Assembly (NCBI GenBank): GCA_050251655.1
Contig: JBFWMH010000009.1
Span: 1,530-65,529 of the forward strand
DNA from: Acholeplasmataceae bacterium
GTDB lineage: Bacteria > Bacillota_I > Bacilli_A > Acholeplasmatales > Acholeplasmataceae
Length of the DNA stretch: 64,000 bases
Direction: 5' to 3'
Shown here: in pieces, positions 62,234 to 64,000 of the stretch
Layout: every line of letters begins with the position of its first letter
How positions within the stretch are numbered: position 1 is the first letter of the stretch
Translations under genes and position numbers: made by a program
Notes under the pieces: generated by a model
Database searches by the model: none
Told to the model about the DNA's origin: nothing
The model's input: the letters and a program-made list of their open reading frames with translations, nothing else

Positions 62234-63082
62234 TTATAAATTAATGTATCCAACAGCCAATGTGCCTGGACCAGCATGCGCACCAACAACTGGTGTCAGT
62301 GGTACTAAAGTGATCTCAACTCCTGGATTATGATCTAATAAAATTTGTTTCAATTCTTCAGCTTTTTGTTTATTATTTGTGTATGCTATAAATATTATAA
62401 CATTTTTTCCTTGTATTTCATTATTCACTACTTCAATTAATCTACTTTGTGCTTTATTTGTTGTTCGTATTTTTTCAAAAGGTACGAGTGATCCGTCTTT
62501 TTGAATGTGTAGTAATGGTTTAATCTTTAATAATGTCCCTATAAAACCATTTGCTGCAGATAATCTACCATTCTTAACTAAATACTTTAAAGTGTCTACC
62601 AAAACATAAATTGTAATATGGTCTCTAATTCTTTCTAAAAAATCAATAATTTCAATGGCGTTTTTTCCAGCTTTAATCATTTCAATGGCTTTGATAATCA
62701 TATAAGCTTCTCCATAGGAAACGCTTCTAGAATCTAAAACAAAAATATTTAAACCTTCTACCATTTCTTTAGCAAGTAATGCGCCTTGATAAGTTCCGCT
62801 TAGTTTAGAGGAAATAACAACAACTATAACATCTTTATATCCTTCTTCTTTTAATTCTTCGTAAATTTGGGCTATTTTTCCTGTTGATGTTTGTGATGTT
62901 GAAACATCTATATCTGGATTTGATTCAATCACGTTATAGAATTTTTCAGCAGTAATGTCAACATAGTCTTCATATTCTTGACCACCAAGATTTAATGTAG
63001 ATCTTATTAACTTTACAGGATAATCTAAATCTAAATAATCCACACCGCTGTTACCACAAACGACTAATCCAATTTTATTCAT
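62234..63082 (-). CDS. DegV family fatty-acid-binding protein (FakB-like)
   Basis: STSQTS, ISSKLSGTYQ, LDSRSVS, LVKNGRL, VVGAHAGPG. Confidence 0.93.
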   Translation of the reverse strand: MNKIGLVVCGNSGVDYLDLDYPVKLIRSTLNLGGQEYEDYVDITAEKFYNVIESNPDIDVSTSQTSTGKIAQIYEELKEEGYKDVIVVVISSKLSGTYQGALLAKEMVEGLNIFVLDSRSVSYGEAYMIIKAIEMIKAGKNAIEIIDFLERIRDHITIYVLVDTLKYLVKNGRLSAANGFIGTLLKIKPLLHIQKDGSLVPFEKIRTTNKAQSRLIEVVNNEIQGKNVIIFIAYTNNKQKAEELKQILLDHNPGVEITLVPLTPVVGAHAGPGTLAVGYINL

Positions 63083-63152
63083 ATATACTTTCTACTTCAA
63101 ATTATTTGAATTTCAAATGTTTGTATATATATAATAACATAGATTTATTAAA

Positions 63153-63830
63153 TTAATCAAAATTAGCAATATTTTCTAATTGGAATTTAGCACTTTCCAC
63201 ATTTTCATTGCTGATATGCAATTCTAAAAACTGAACAAGTTTATTAACTTCTAGTTGATTATATTTAATATTATCAATCATTGATATATTTAAATCATCA
63301 TTAAATTCTGGTTTATAGATCAAAACGTAATTAATAACTTTAATTTTGTTTGATACATTATTACTAATGATTTGTCTATAGCTAATAGATTCTTGTAGTT
63401 TTTTTGTGTAACGTTCTTCACTTCTTCTTTCATCTTGATTAAACATCCCAAACTCTAAAACAACAATAAGTCGATCAATGATAAGTAAGTAATCTGAACG
63501 CATATGATTACCAAAAATAACAGGGTATTCCATAATAATACTAAGATTTTCAGTATTTACACCTTTTTTATATAAATTAACAAGTGTTCTTCTCAGTAAT
63601 ACTGTAGTATCAAACCAAGTGATAACTTCTTCATCTTTCAAGGGAAAAATAGACAATTTTTTATCATAGAATCTGTGTTTAAATTCTATAAAATATGTAA
63701 GTTTGCTATATTTAGTAACTCTATTCTTTAATAATTGCTTTTCTATTTTCCAATTTATTTTTTCTGTAAAGTCTGTGAACTTTGAAAACTCACTAAAACT
63801 ATTAAAATCATATAAACACTTTATTTTCAT
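63153..63830 (-). CDS. Hypothetical protein with a degenerate PD-(D/E)XK-like motif
   Basis: IIMEYP...RSDYLLIIDRLIVVLEFG; ATG 63830 behind AAGAGGTG. Confidence 0.7.
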   Translation of the reverse strand: MKIKCLYDFNSFSEFSKFTDFTEKINWKIEKQLLKNRVTKYSKLTYFIEFKHRFYDKKLSIFPLKDEEVITWFDTTVLLRRTLVNLYKKGVNTENLSIIMEYPVIFGNHMRSDYLLIIDRLIVVLEFGMFNQDERRSEERYTKKLQESISYRQIISNNVSNKIKVINYVLIYKPEFNDDLNISMIDNIKYNQLEVNKLVQFLELHISNENVESAKFQLENIANFD

Positions 63831-63884
63831 ATTACTCACCTCTTATGATAATAGTGGTTTCATAATAAATTTTCTCATTTAAAT

Positions 63885-63911
63885 AAAAAAACACATACTT
63901 GTGTATGTGTT
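63885..63911 (-). terminator. Terminator downstream of the tRNA
   Basis: AACACATAC-loop-GTATGTGTT followed by TTTTT on the minus strand. Confidence 0.75.
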
Positions 63912-63945
63912 ATATCTCTATTATTTATAATAATTGGTATCTAGA

Positions 63946-64000
63946 TGGTGGCTCCGGGCAGAATCGAACTGCCGACACAAGGATTTTCAGTCCTTTGCTC
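63946..64000 (-). tRNA. tRNA-Phe (GAA), 5' part outside the window
   Basis: Reverse complement GAGCAAAGGACTGAAAATCCTTGTGTCGGCAGTTCGATTCTGCCCGGAGCCACCA: anticodon arm AAGGA-CTGAAAA-TCCTT, T-loop GTTCGATTC, encoded CCA. Confidence 0.95.

Noticed and set aside
63153-64000. Integrated prophage or ICE at tRNA-Phe
   Set aside because: No integrase, and I saw no duplicated tRNA 3' end (attR) elsewhere in the window; only one accessory-looking gene

Overview
AT-rich 64 kb stretch of a Mollicutes chromosome, most likely Acholeplasmataceae. It uses the standard code (TGA = stop, TGG = Trp) and has Firmicutes-type sigma70 promoters, T-boxes and a purine riboswitch. Most genes are on the minus strand and are housekeeping. 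Left to right: ABC exporter, pdhABCD, Arg decarboxylase/agmatinase, MscS, asnB (Asn T-box), glpP-glpA/B/C-glpK, feoAB, a diguanylate cyclase, a guanine-riboswitch NCS2 permease, an orphan PTS IIA, an aquaporin, metG (Met T-box), tmk-holB-ricT-rsmI, ECF/truA, trxA/trxB, pepF, adhE, a lipoprotein nuclease, the complete S10-spc-alpha ribosomal superoperon, a ROK kinase, a FabT-like MarR, DegV and a partial tRNA-Phe. I found no CRISPR array, transposase, integrase or prophage. The most unusual element is a full-length PTS Enzyme I homolog (59030-60706) in which the phospho-acceptor His aligns to Glu and the catalytic Cys to Ser, while most PEP/Mg-binding residues are kept. It is a candidate PEP-sensing pseudo-enzyme, probably co-transcribed with a ROK kinase whose promoter spacer is a perfect 18-bp palindrome. 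Other notable points: two tandem GlpP-type leader terminators, a thioredoxin reductase lacking NADPH-binding motifs, Cys-free (Zn-independent) L36, S14, MetRS and HolB, identical terminators flanking pepF, and a stand-alone nuclease-like domain downstream of the tRNA. All homology calls are by eye from motifs; no searches were run.
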